Source: Treponemataceae bacterium (GTDB lineage Bacteria; Spirochaetota; Spirochaetia; Treponematales; Rectinemataceae). From it: a DNA stretch of 64,000 bases. The translations under genes and the position numbers were made by a program. The notes under the pieces were generated by a model, which worked only from the letters and a program-made list of their open reading frames with translations, ran no database searches and was not told the origin of the DNA. This document shows, piece by piece, positions 1 through 9,284 of the stretch. The stretch spans positions 256,001 to 320,000 of the forward strand of contig CAXXHO010000005.1 of the NCBI GenBank assembly GCA_963667725.2. Direction: 5' to 3'. How positions within the stretch are numbered: position 1 is the stretch's first letter; each line of letters starts with the position of its first letter.

Positions 1-444
1 CATCATGTAGAGGACGAAGAACTGGTAGATGCCGTTGATGAAGAAAGCGAGGATGTAGCCGGTGACCATCTCCCGCCCCTTGGCCTTGTTCATCACCTTG
101 CCGCAGATCCAGCCGAGGAAGACGGCGATAGGGAGGCCGATGAGGAGGGCGAAGACGAGACCCTGCCAGCCGGCGACGCTCCAGTCGACCGCGAAGATAA
201 GGCCGATTTGGCCGGCCATGGCGCCCAGGGACATAGCGAAGTTGAGCCCCATGCCCGAGTATATCGGCAGGAGGAGGGAAATGACGAGGAAGGAGTTGCG
301 CCCCAGCCTCGTGATGAGTTCTTGGATGATGTAGGTAAGGGAAAGCCCCGAGGGCGAAATGGCCGCAATCGTTATCACCAGGAAGATGATGACGACGGCA
401 TACTCGGAGAACATTGTGGCGACGCTTTTTTTCTTTGGGCTCAT
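1..444 (-). CDS. ABC transporter permease (second permease of the DUF3798 system), runs off the window's left edge
   Basis: Not in the ORF track; read by hand from ATG at 444 (ATGA overlap with the stop at 441): MSPKKKSVATMFSEYAVVIIFLV...GMGLNFAMSLGAMAGQIG...KAKGREM, paralogous to the adjacent permease (CGLNFGLALG...KVKGEEM). Confidence 0.85.
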   Translation of the reverse strand, partial: MSPKKKSVATMFSEYAVVIIFLVITIAAISPSGLSLTYIIQELITRLGRNSFLVISLLLPIYSGMGLNFAMSLGAMAGQIGLIFAVDWSVAGWQGLVFALLIGLPIAVFLGWICGKVMNKAKGREMVTGYILAFFINGIYQFFVLYMM

Positions 445-1487
445 TTGGACACCTTCACCTTGCGCGTGAGCGCGTAGAGGATCATGCCGTTGGAAACGAT
501 GATTCGAATTACTTCCGACATGTCGGTCTGGAGGATGGAGTTGATGACCGAGGGCGTCATCGTGAGCAAGCCCTGGAAAAGGAAGGTGCCGACGAGAACG
601 TTGATCATGGATGCTTTGTTTACGCTGGCCCCTCCGATGAGGATGGCCGCCACGGCCGGGAAGACCATGGGGCTGGGGGCGGTGTAGAGCTGGATGAAGC
701 CGAAGCTCTGCTGGTAGACGATGATGCCGATGGCGCCGAGGAAGGTCGACAGGATGACGGAAGTGGTCCGCATCTTGTCGGCGCTGACGCCCGAGGCTCT
801 CGCGAAATCGGGGTTCGAGCCGACGGCTGTCATGGCCGTGCCTATCCTCGTCCTCAGGAAGAGCCAGATGCCGCCGGCGCAGGCTCCCACGAAGAGGAGC
901 AGTCCCGTCGGGAAGACGAAGAATCGCCCTATCCTTATCGCGAGAAAGTCGTTGAGGATTTTAAGCCAGTAGCCTTCCACCGTGATGGTGGTGCGCAGAC
1001 CCTTGCCCGCGTAGCCCCAGACCATGGTCGGGTTGTCGAAGGGAAGCACGAGCCACATGATGCACATCAACATGACGAAGGAAAAGCCGACGTACATGGC
1101 GATGGTCATCTCCTCGCCCTTAACCTTGTTGAGGAGCTTTCCGTAGAAGTATCCGAAGATGACGGAGAAGGGCGTGGCGAAGGCGATGGCGCCGAAGAAT
1201 CCCCAGAAGCCGCGGAGTTCCAGCTGGAGAGAGACGGTCGCGCCGAGGAGGCCGGCCACGATGCCGAGTGCCAGGCCGAAGTTGAGGCCGCAGCCCGACT
1301 GGATCATGGGTACGAGGGCGAGAACGAGAATGGCGTACTGGCCGAAGCGGTTGAGGCAGTCCGACAGGGAGGCGTCGAGACGCACCCCGACGAAGGGAGC
1401 CAGCACGAAAAGCGATACCAGGAATAGGAATATGATGATGCGGGGCCATCCGAAATCCTGGATGAATGTTTTGAGGTTGTTACGCAT
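441..1487 (-). CDS. ABC transporter permease (sugar/nucleoside CUT2-like)
   Basis: Multi-TM protein with RTRIGTAMTAVGSNPDFARASGV EAA-type loop; GAGGAGG RBS before ATG 1487 (MRNNLK). Confidence 0.88.
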   Translation of the reverse strand: MRNNLKTFIQDFGWPRIIIFLFLVSLFVLAPFVGVRLDASLSDCLNRFGQYAILVLALVPMIQSGCGLNFGLALGIVAGLLGATVSLQLELRGFWGFFGAIAFATPFSVIFGYFYGKLLNKVKGEEMTIAMYVGFSFVMLMCIMWLVLPFDNPTMVWGYAGKGLRTTITVEGYWLKILNDFLAIRIGRFFVFPTGLLLFVGACAGGIWLFLRTRIGTAMTAVGSNPDFARASGVSADKMRTTSVILSTFLGAIGIIVYQQSFGFIQLYTAPSPMVFPAVAAILIGGASVNKASMINVLVGTFLFQGLLTMTPSVINSILQTDMSEVIRIIVSNGMILYALTRKVKVSK

Positions 1488-3117
1488 TCGGTGCCTCCTC
1501 GGCCGCGGAAGCGAGTTTTGTTCTGGAGGGGGAATCGGTGATGCCCGCCATGAGGATGCCGAATTCGGCCACATCGGCGGTGGGCGGCAATATGCCGGCT
1601 ATCCGGCCCTCGTCGATGATGGCGACGCGATCGCATATGGCGCGCAGTTCCTCGAGCTCGCTCGATACCATCACGATGGTGGTGCCGTATTCCTTGTTGT
1701 ATTTCCGCAGGGTGTCGAGCACCAGTTTCTTGGCGCCGACGTCTATGCCGCGCGTGGGTTCGGAGACGAAGAGGAGGTCAGGCTTGAGCGCGAATGCCTT
1801 GGCGAGGCAGATTTTCTGCTGGTTGCCGCCCGACAGTTCCTTCGCCTTCTGGCGGGGCCCCGTGCACTTGATGTCCAGGAGCGAGATGTATTCCTTGCAG
1901 AGAGTCACCATCCCGGCCTCGTCGCGCAGGGTAAAAAGACCGCCCAGGACCGGTTTCAGGTACTGCTTGTGAACCTGCATGGCCGTGAAGGCTATGTTCC
2001 AGTCGAGGCTTTCGTCGAGAAGAAGGCCTACGCCGCGCCTATCCTCGGAAACGAAGGCCATGCCCGCCTTGAGGGCGGCGTTGGGGGAGTTGAGCTCGAT
2101 GGTCTTGTCATGGAGATGAACCGTGCCGCCGGCGGCATAGAGCCCCATCACCCCGTTGGGGATGCCGAGCTTGCCCTGGCCGGCCAGGCCGCCTATGCCG
2201 AAAATCTCGCCCTGCCTGACCTCGAAGGAGACGTCGCGGACGGTTTCGCCGGGCATGTCCACCCAGAGATGCTCGACGGAGAGGATCTTCTCGCCGTAGT
2301 TCTTGTTCTCGTCATGACGGGCGGCGTCGGAGGATACCGAGCGGCCAACCATCCACGAAGCGATGTCCTTGATCGTCACGCCCGCTGCGGGAACGTCCTT
2401 GACGGCGAGGCCGTCGCGCAGGACCACGATCTTGTCCGCCACCTCGACGACTTCCTTGAGCCGGTGGGAGATGAAGATGATGGCGACGCCCTTTTTCGCG
2501 AGCTTCCGCAGCGAATCGAGGAGTATCTCCGCCTCGCTCTCGGTGAGGACGGCCGTAGGCTCGTCCAGAATGAGAAGACGCGATTTCTCGCGGCTGATTT
2601 CGCGCGCAATTTCGGTAAACTGTTTGTGTCCGACCGGCATTTCCGAGATGAGCATGTCGGAGTCGAGCTTGACGCCCAGCTTCTCGATGGCGCTCTCGGC
2701 GCGTTTTTTCATCGCCGGCCTGTCGAGGATGCTCATTCGTTTGCCGAAGGCGTCGTTCAGGATGCTCGGCCTCATCGATTCCCTATTCAGGACGATGTTT
2801 TCGGTGCTGGTAAAGCCCGGTATGAGGCTGAATTCCTGGTGAACCATGCCGAGTCCCGCGTCGAGCGCGTCAAAGGGACTCGCAAAGTGCATTTCCTGAC
2901 CGTCGAGGATGATCTTCCCCTTAAAACCGCCGGTCTCGGCGATGACGGGCATTCCAAAAAGAATACTCATGAGAGTAGTCTTGCCCGCGCCGTTTTCTCC
3001 GACCAAACCGAGGATTTCGCCCTCATGCAGGTCAAAATTTACATCCTGAAGCACTACGTTTCCGTAGAACTCCTTGGAAACATTCTTTAATGATAAAAGA
3101 GGCCCATTCTGTCCCAT
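1480..3117 (-). CDS. Sugar-type ABC transporter ATP-binding protein with two NBDs
   Basis: GENGAGKT, ILDEPT, ISHRL, LSGGNQQK, EPTRGIDVGAK; start trimmed to MGQNG. Confidence 0.93.
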   Translation of the reverse strand: MGQNGPLLSLKNVSKEFYGNVVLQDVNFDLHEGEILGLVGENGAGKTTLMSILFGMPVIAETGGFKGKIILDGQEMHFASPFDALDAGLGMVHQEFSLIPGFTSTENIVLNRESMRPSILNDAFGKRMSILDRPAMKKRAESAIEKLGVKLDSDMLISEMPVGHKQFTEIAREISREKSRLLILDEPTAVLTESEAEILLDSLRKLAKKGVAIIFISHRLKEVVEVADKIVVLRDGLAVKDVPAAGVTIKDIASWMVGRSVSSDAARHDENKNYGEKILSVEHLWVDMPGETVRDVSFEVRQGEIFGIGGLAGQGKLGIPNGVMGLYAAGGTVHLHDKTIELNSPNAALKAGMAFVSEDRRGVGLLLDESLDWNIAFTAMQVHKQYLKPVLGGLFTLRDEAGMVTLCKEYISLLDIKCTGPRQKAKELSGGNQQKICLAKAFALKPDLLFVSEPTRGIDVGAKKLVLDTLRKYNKEYGTTIVMVSSELEELRAICDRVAIIDEGRIAGILPPTADVAEFGILMAGITDSPSRTKLASAAEEAPNA

Positions 3118-3175
3118 AATAGTCCCTAAATGAAAAGATTTCCCTTCCGGGAGAGGGGGATGGCCATTCGTGGTG

Positions 3176-3307
3176 GCGCCCACGTGGGTAATACTCACGT
3201 GGGCGCTTCGACTCCTTAAAGCCGATTCTCGCGCAAACGCCGGACCCAAAAGGGTCCGGCGTTGCAGAAACCGCGCAGCCTGGCGAAGCCCCTTGCGGGG
3301 CTTCGCC
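3176..3307. repeat. Three tandem GC-rich stem-loops between the SBP and ATPase genes
   Basis: GCGCCCACGTG/CACGTGGGCGC (3176-3206), AACGCCGGACCC/GGGTCCGGCGTT (3236-3263), GGCGAAGCCCC/GGGGCTTCGCC (3282-3307). Confidence 0.85.
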
Positions 3308-3316
3308 CAACGTACG

Positions 3317-4528
3317 CTAGTTCTTCATTTTCACGTTGTAGTATTTCTCGGGAACCTTCTGCTTCGTGGTGGGGAGGAATCCCTTGCCGAACACATAGGT
3401 GTCCATGTAGATGAGGACCTGGTTCTTGGCGCGGACGCCGGTTCCCATGTCGACATAGTACGCGCCGTTCCACTTGGCGCCGGGGGTGTACTTCGCGAGT
3501 GCCTTGAATACGTCGTTCAGGCTGCCTTTCTTGGCCTTGCCTTCGACTACGTTCTTGGCATATTCGCCCAAGCCCGCGGTGAGGCTGTAGCCGTAGGAGA
3601 AGGCCCAGGTGCCGAAGCGGCCTTTGCCGCCCTTGGCCACGACGGCGGCTTCGACTTTCTTCAGGATGGCGGGGAAATCGCCCGCTTCCTTGGAAAGATC
3701 GAGTCCGAGAGCCCCTGGGTAACCCATGAGGGGAGAGGGAAGGTCGGCTTCGACGAAGTAACCGCCATACGCGAAGAGCTGCTTGAGAAGGGGTTCGGTA
3801 TGGGCATCGTTCGTGCAGAAGAACGCGGTGTCCTTGCCGTATTTTTCGATCCACTGGGGAACTTTCTCGAGAATGAACTGCTGGGCGCCGGGAACGCCGA
3901 CGTCGGAGGTCGGGTCCGGGGCGGTTTCGAACGCGAACTTCAGTCCGAGATCGTTGCAGGCCTCTTCCATGATGGCGCGGCGGCGGCCGAGCGACTCATA
4001 GCTCATATGGCGGGCAAAGGAGATATGGACGAAGGTCTTGGCTCCGAGCTGCTTGGCTGCCCAGATGATGGTATAGCCGCGGGACACGAAGTCGGCGGAG
4101 AGGGCCAGGTCGGCCGCGCTCTGGATGACGAGGGGGTCTTCGTGCGGTTCGCCGGCGAGAAGGAGGATGTCCGATCTCTTGGCCTTTACGCGCTTGAAGG
4201 CTTCCGTGGTTCCGGGAATGGCCTGGTTGATGACGATCGCCTTCATGAGGGGATCGTCGGCGAGGGCCACGACGGAAGAGATGAAGGTCTCCTGCTGGGA
4301 CATGAAATCGTCGGGATAGGTGATGTGCTGGACCATGCCGCCGGTTTTTACGGAGCCATATTCTTTGATGAGGGCTTCCGCGCCGCGGAGATCGTCTTCT
4401 GACTGGGATACCGTGCCGGTAACGACGCCGATATGGAATTTAGCCTTGGCCTGTGCGAAAACGTCCGCTCCTGCGAGGATGAAGGTCAGCGCCAACAGAA
4501 TGGCGGTGAACTTCGCGAGCTTTTTCAT
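3317..4528 (-). CDS. DUF3798-family ABC substrate-binding protein
   Basis: Signal peptide MKKLAKF...VFAQ; HIGVVTGTVSQSEDDLRGAE, TAPDPTSDVGV, FFCTND, PSPLMGYPGALG; AGGAGG RBS. Confidence 0.85.
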   Translation of the reverse strand: MKKLAKFTAILLALTFILAGADVFAQAKAKFHIGVVTGTVSQSEDDLRGAEALIKEYGSVKTGGMVQHITYPDDFMSQQETFISSVVALADDPLMKAIVINQAIPGTTEAFKRVKAKRSDILLLAGEPHEDPLVIQSAADLALSADFVSRGYTIIWAAKQLGAKTFVHISFARHMSYESLGRRRAIMEEACNDLGLKFAFETAPDPTSDVGVPGAQQFILEKVPQWIEKYGKDTAFFCTNDAHTEPLLKQLFAYGGYFVEADLPSPLMGYPGALGLDLSKEAGDFPAILKKVEAAVVAKGGKGRFGTWAFSYGYSLTAGLGEYAKNVVEGKAKKGSLNDVFKALAKYTPGAKWNGAYYVDMGTGVRAKNQVLIYMDTYVFGKGFLPTTKQKVPEKYYNVKMKN

Positions 4529-4570
4529 AGGACCTCCTTTTGGAAATCTGCCAAATAGATTGGCCTTATC

Positions 4571-4598
4571 ATTGTACACGGCCGAAAAATCTAGTCAA
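4571..4598 (-). promoter_or_regulatory. sigma70-like promoter of the DUF3798 ABC operon
   Basis: TTGACT-N16-TACAAT on the minus strand. Confidence 0.55.
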
Positions 4599-4671
4599 GA
4601 CAATTCCTGGGCGAATGGAAACGCGTTAAGGGCTTTGCAGGATGAGTCCCTCCGGGTACAATGAATTCACG

Positions 4672-5958
4672 ATGAAGATATCTTTCAGGCGTTTCAGCGA
4701 AGAATTCTACTATTACAGCAGTCAGCTCGTCGTGTTCTTCATTGTCATCATCTTCCTTACTTCGGGCTCCATAGCCATGGGCGTCACTTCATCCATTATC
4801 GTCATGGTGTTCATGATCGCCCAGACCTTCCTGCTCGTAACCCAGGGACACCTCCCCATCCTGCGCTTTCTCTTCTCGCTGATCACGCCCCTCGGATACT
4901 CGATCCTCAAGGCCGCGACGAGCAGCATGGATTTTTTCGAATCCACGAACATTCTGCTCTGGAGCGCCGCCATCTACATCGGATTTTTCCAGGCGATAGC
5001 GTTTTCGCGCAAGAGCGGGCTGCTCAAGCGCGTGGCTGAGGGCGCCCTCTCTTTGGGTTCCGGCGCCATTTTCTTCGCTTTCTACTACTATCTCGACATG
5101 AGGATCAACTTGAAACAGGCTTTCGACGGCGGACAACTGGATCGCGACGCCTATCTGGAGGCGCTCCAGGTCACCCACTTCGCCTCGGGCCTCAAGGCCT
5201 TCGCCGCGTCCCCGCAGCACCTTTTCGCCCTTCTGGGCATCGCCAGTTTCGACATAATGCTTCTCGCGGCGAGGATGCGCGCCATCACCCTGCGCGCCCG
5301 TCTCGATCGTCTGCTCGAGAGCCCTCCCAAACCCGAACAGGCTCCCCTTCTGGCCGAAGAGGGCGCAGGTCCCCCAGTTAAGGTCGTGACGCCCACGAGG
5401 CTTCTCGTCTCCGCCATATCCTCGGACATAGTAGGCTTCACCGCCCTCTCTGAGGTTATGGGAGCCCAGAAATCGGTCGAATTCCTCAACAAGTACTACG
5501 CGCTCTGGACTCATGTGGCGAGCGGCCAGGGCGGCCGCATCATGTCGATCAACGGCGACTCCGTCATCATCCTCTTCGGCCTCGTCGACGAGCAGGTCAA
5601 TCCGGAAAGAGCCCTCTATTCGGCATATGCTTTCATGGACGAGATCCATGGGCTCAGGGAAGACCTGGCAGCCCAGTCCCTGCCCGCCAATCTGAAGGTT
5701 TCGATAGGCGTGCATTCGGGGCTGGTGGTTTCGGCCCTTCTCGGCCCTCCGGGCGATCAGAAGAAGGATGTGTTCGGGGATACGATCGCCGTGGCGGCTC
5801 GCCTGGACTCCCTCTGCAGGGAACTCCATCAGGAATTGCTCGTCAGCCATGCCACCTTCAGGCGTCTCAGCCTGGAGAGCCAGGCCACATTGGACAGGAT
5901 GGGAGAAGTGCTCCTGCGCCAAAGCACGAGGCCCGTGCCCGTATATTCGAGAAAATGA
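4672..5958 (+). CDS. Membrane-bound class III adenylate/guanylate cyclase-domain protein with a degenerate active site
   Basis: About six N-terminal TM segments; SDIVGFTALSE, NGDSVIILFG, IGVHSG, DVFGDTIAVAARL. Confidence 0.85.
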   Translation: MKISFRRFSEEFYYYSSQLVVFFIVIIFLTSGSIAMGVTSSIIVMVFMIAQTFLLVTQGHLPILRFLFSLITPLGYSILKAATSSMDFFESTNILLWSAAIYIGFFQAIAFSRKSGLLKRVAEGALSLGSGAIFFAFYYYLDMRINLKQAFDGGQLDRDAYLEALQVTHFASGLKAFAASPQHLFALLGIASFDIMLLAARMRAITLRARLDRLLESPPKPEQAPLLAEEGAGPPVKVVTPTRLLVSAISSDIVGFTALSEVMGAQKSVEFLNKYYALWTHVASGQGGRIMSINGDSVIILFGLVDEQVNPERALYSAYAFMDEIHGLREDLAAQSLPANLKVSIGVHSGLVVSALLGPPGDQKKDVFGDTIAVAARLDSLCRELHQELLVSHATFRRLSLESQATLDRMGEVLLRQSTRPVPVYSRK

Positions 5959-6800
5959 GCGAGAAAAATTCCATGATAAGAAGGATGTTGAAAATGACCG
6001 GAACGCTGAGATCGGCTGTCTCCAGGGTATCGTCGCGCGGGGCTCTTTCGGCCAGGGCTCATCCGGCCGCCGCGCCGTTTTTTTGCGTCGTGACTCTCGT
6101 TCTGTGGGCGATGACGCTCGCGTCCTGCTCCGGACGTCTCGAAACGTCGATCCGCAACGACATGAGCGCCCGCATGGCCCTCCGCCTGGAAGTTCCGGGG
6201 ACTTTAAGCGACAGGGTGCGCCAGATCGGCGGCATTTCGTCCAAGTCCGAGCTTTTCGACGTGGCTGCCCTCAAGGAGGAGTTCTCCGGCAGGAAATCCA
6301 TCTTCCTCGTCGACGTCTCCGCGCCGAGTCCCGATTCCCTCACGTCGGTGATATGGGTTCCCGATACCCAGGTCTTTGTCGACGACAGGAGTCTCGTGCC
6401 GGCGGGCATGATAGCGCTGAAATCCCTCCCCGCCGCCGGAGCCCTGCCCGCGCAACGCGAACTTTCCGTCTCGCTGACGAGGGAGAACGCCGCGGCGGCC
6501 TTTTCGCTTTTTCCCGGCGTGGACGGCAGGCTGCTGGACAGCCTCAGCCCTCCGGCCCTGGAAGAGGATCCCATAACGGCTGAAGAATACAGGATGAATC
6601 TCGAGACGGTGATCATCGGCAAAAAGGCCATGCCGGCTTTCGACGCCTGCGCCCTCGAACTGACGATCACGGCGCCGCGAACCATTCTGTCGTCGTCGGG
6701 CGGCACGGCTCAGGGGCAGATTTTCAAGGTGAAAATACCCTTCTTCGACATTCTGACCCTCGAAAAGCCGATACGCTTCGCCATCAGGTGGGCCGAGTAA
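5955..6800 (+). CDS. Hypothetical lipoprotein, start uncertain
   Basis: Hydrophobic stretch ending in lipobox-like LASC; ATGA overlap with the cyclase gene. Confidence 0.65.
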   Translation: MSEKNSMIRRMLKMTGTLRSAVSRVSSRGALSARAHPAAAPFFCVVTLVLWAMTLASCSGRLETSIRNDMSARMALRLEVPGTLSDRVRQIGGISSKSELFDVAALKEEFSGRKSIFLVDVSAPSPDSLTSVIWVPDTQVFVDDRSLVPAGMIALKSLPAAGALPAQRELSVSLTRENAAAAFSLFPGVDGRLLDSLSPPALEEDPITAEEYRMNLETVIIGKKAMPAFDACALELTITAPRTILSSSGGTAQGQIFKVKIPFFDILTLEKPIRFAIRWAE

Positions 6801-6826
6801 GCGGAGCGGGGAAACGCTCTCGTTGA

Positions 6827-6886
6827 TGCTCTGGAAGCGCTTTATTTAGTGCTCTGGAGGCGCTTTATTTAGTGCTCTGGAGGCGC
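6827..6886. repeat. 23-bp tandem direct repeat, about 2.6 copies
   Basis: TGCTCTGGA(A/G)GCGCTTTATTTAG at 6827 and 6850, partial at 6873, between convergent genes. Confidence 0.9.
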
Positions 6887-6894
6887 GGCCGCGT

Positions 6895-7818
6895 CTAGAT
6901 GAGGGAACGCGCCAGGTGGGTGGGGATCACCGTACCGTCGCGCAGCGCTTCCCTCAGGTTTTCCATGAAATTCCGGGCTTCGACGGCGGGGTACAGGTCC
7001 AGGCGAGGGTCTGACAATAGGCTCGGATAGCCCAAGAAGGGGGCCTCGGAGCCGTTCCATTCTTCCTGGACGGCGGGGGCTCCGGGCTCCCACCCAGCCC
7101 CGCAAGCCGCGAGGACAGTCCCATAATCAGCCAAGGCGCGTCTCATCTCCTCCACAGGGGCCCCGTCCATGTCGACAAGGAAGGGCCGCCGGCCCAGGTG
7201 TTCGGGATAATGCGCGTCGGAGCCGGAGATCGCGCAGAGGCCGCCGGTGAGGAAGGAGGGAGGCGGACCCATGGATTCGACGGCGTCGTAGGGGCCGGGG
7301 GGCAGGAAGCCGAGCTGGCTGTACACGGAGAACATGCCGCGATCGACGTGGGCCGGGATGACGAGGGCAGCGGCGAGGCGCGCCTTCGAGGCGAGGTCGC
7401 CGAAGGGCGCGTCCAGGGCGGCGCCGAGCCAGCGTCCGTGCAGTTCGAGCACGCCCTCGTTCTCATCCACCACAGCCTGATCGCCGAAGGCGCCCGAATC
7501 CCAGGGAATCTCTGGAATCAGGGAATGGAGCTCTGCCCCGAAGGCGAGGGCTTCGCGGGGCGTGGGGAAAAGGGCGAGGATGTGGACTTCCTCGGAGGAG
7601 TTCATCTCCATGCCGAAAAGGGGAATGACGCCTTCCCGCGCGCAGGCGATGGCGAAAGCCCCGCAGTTCATGGACGCGTTGTGGTCGGTGAGCGCCAGGA
7701 TATCGACCCCTCTAGCGCGGGCCGTCCTGGCCATAAGCGTGGGCGACATGGAGAGATTGGCGCAGGGGCTGAGGCAGGAGTGGTTGTGCAGATCGGCGCG
7801 CAGGCGCGTTACGCCCAT
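6895..7818 (-). CDS. PHP-domain metal-dependent phosphoesterase
   Basis: ADLHNHSCLSPC, ALTDHN, EEVHIL, IPAHVDR, GSDAH. Confidence 0.9.
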   Translation of the reverse strand: MGVTRLRADLHNHSCLSPCANLSMSPTLMARTARARGVDILALTDHNASMNCGAFAIACAREGVIPLFGMEMNSSEEVHILALFPTPREALAFGAELHSLIPEIPWDSGAFGDQAVVDENEGVLELHGRWLGAALDAPFGDLASKARLAAALVIPAHVDRGMFSVYSQLGFLPPGPYDAVESMGPPPSFLTGGLCAISGSDAHYPEHLGRRPFLVDMDGAPVEEMRRALADYGTVLAACGAGWEPGAPAVQEEWNGSEAPFLGYPSLLSDPRLDLYPAVEARNFMENLREALRDGTVIPTHLARSLI

Positions 7819-7831
7819 CAGAATCCGCGCT

Positions 7832-8164
7832 TCAGCCGCGAAGGGCTTTCCAAAGCCTGCCCGACACTTCGTACTGGGTGAGTTCGCTGCGCATGAGGGC
7901 TATCCCTTCGTCCCTGGCCGCCTCGATCATGTCTTCCGGCATGGGCCGGCCGTTGCAGATAATTATGGCGGGAGCGCCGACGAGTCCGGCCACCGCCACG
8001 GTATTCTTGTGGGCCTGGATGGTGATGAGGACTTCCTGGGCCTTGGCGTGGGCCATGACATCGGACAGAAGATCGGAGGTATAGCCGCCTTCTACGTCGC
8101 TCTCCTCGTAGACCCCCTGCACGATCTCCGCGTCCACGAGAACCGAAATATCCTTGATGCGCAT
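7832..8164 (-). CDS. DRTGG-domain protein (HPr-kinase N-terminal-like)
   Basis: GGYTSDLLSDVMA...VLITIQAHKNTVAVA...IIICNG; GGAGG RBS. Confidence 0.82.
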   Translation of the reverse strand: MRIKDISVLVDAEIVQGVYEESDVEGGYTSDLLSDVMAHAKAQEVLITIQAHKNTVAVAGLVGAPAIIICNGRPMPEDMIEAARDEGIALMRSELTQYEVSGRLWKALRG

Positions 8165-8201
8165 GACCCCTCCATTTTATTCATTTTTTGTTCAGTTTCG
8201 T

Positions 8202-9125
8202 TCAGGTTTTATTCCAGAGGATCACCGCTCTGACGGTGGTGCCCTTCCCCATCTCGGATTGGATCGAGAACTCGTCGGCTACCCGCTTTACGTTTGGAAG
8301 CCCCATCCCGGCGCCGAAGCCGAGAGAACGCACCCACTCGTTCGCGGTGGAATAGCCTTCCCGCATCGCGAGCTCCACGTCGGGAATGCCGGGTCCCTCG
8401 TCCTGGGCCAATATCTCGATCGTATCGTCATAGACGCGCATCCGCATGCTGCCGCCCGTGGAATGAATGACCTGGTTGAGTTCCAGCTCGTAGGAGGCGA
8501 CGGCGACCTTCCTCGCTATGGGCGGCGGGCAGCCCCTCTCCACGATCGCCTTCTTGAACCGGGCGCTCGCGTTGCCCGCTCTGGAAAAATCGAGGGGCGA
8601 GGTGCCGAAATTGAGTTCCACTACGGGGATAGGACCTTCCTTCTCGGAATGCCGGCCGGCTATGCGCTGCTCCATCCTGCCGATTTCCTCGTTCAAGGCG
8701 ATGAGAAGTCGTCTGAGAATGTCGGAGGCCGTTATGATGCCGCAGAGTCTTCCCGTGGCGTCCAGAACGGGAAAACGGCCGAATTTATAGCGATCGAAAT
8801 AGGTCACCGCGAAGGAAAGCGGCATCTCATCGTCAAGGGTTACCAGTGAACTTGTCATGAGTTCCGAAGCGGGATGGCCTATGCTGCCCGAATCCAAGGC
8901 GCCGATGATGTCGCCGATCGACACAATGCCCCGCAGGCGCCCCTCTTCGACGATGGGTATGCCGGTGATGGCGTTGTCCCGCATGAGTTTCTGCACGTCG
9001 CGCAGGCTGGATGAGGGTGCCGCGGTGATCACCTCGGTAGTCATCGCGTGTTTTACTTTCATGCTGTACAGCAGCTCGAGCACGACGCTGGGGCTCGAGT
9101 CTGCGTTGATCGGAACGGTCGCCAT
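8202..9125 (-). CDS. CBS-pair fused to an anti-sigma/RsbT-like Ser/Thr kinase (HATPase) domain
   Basis: Tandem CBS (ITGIPIVE..GIVSIGD; FGRFPVLD..GIITASD), then YELELNQVIH, DEGPGIPDVELAMREGYSTA, GFGAGMGLPN. Confidence 0.87.
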   Translation of the reverse strand: MATVPINADSSPSVVLELLYSMKVKHAMTTEVITAAPSSSLRDVQKLMRDNAITGIPIVEEGRLRGIVSIGDIIGALDSGSIGHPASELMTSSLVTLDDEMPLSFAVTYFDRYKFGRFPVLDATGRLCGIITASDILRRLLIALNEEIGRMEQRIAGRHSEKEGPIPVVELNFGTSPLDFSRAGNASARFKKAIVERGCPPPIARKVAVASYELELNQVIHSTGGSMRMRVYDDTIEILAQDEGPGIPDVELAMREGYSTANEWVRSLGFGAGMGLPNVKRVADEFSIQSEMGKGTTVRAVILWNKT

Positions 9126-9284
9126 TGTTTTCCATTATGCACCGGCTTTGAAAAACGTGGAAGCGGTTAATTGACTCCAGGCCTCACTATGCATATTTTT
9201 TTATCGAAATCCTTCCACAGCGTTGGCCGATGCGATAGAATACCAACCGTGCGAGGGCGAAGGCCCGGGGCTAAGGAGAAAAAC

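Noticed and set aside
1159..3090. 643-aa plus-strand ORF (also 414-1427 and 3170-4402)
   Set aside because: Antisense shadows of clear ABC genes; expected with high GC3, and no recognisable motifs
4672..6800. Pycsar/CBASS-like defence system
   Set aside because: The cyclase is multi-TM and the partner is a lipoprotein with no cNMP-binding, TIR or other effector features
6827..6886. Possible mini-CRISPR array
   Set aside because: Repeats are head-to-tail with no spacers, and no cas genes are present
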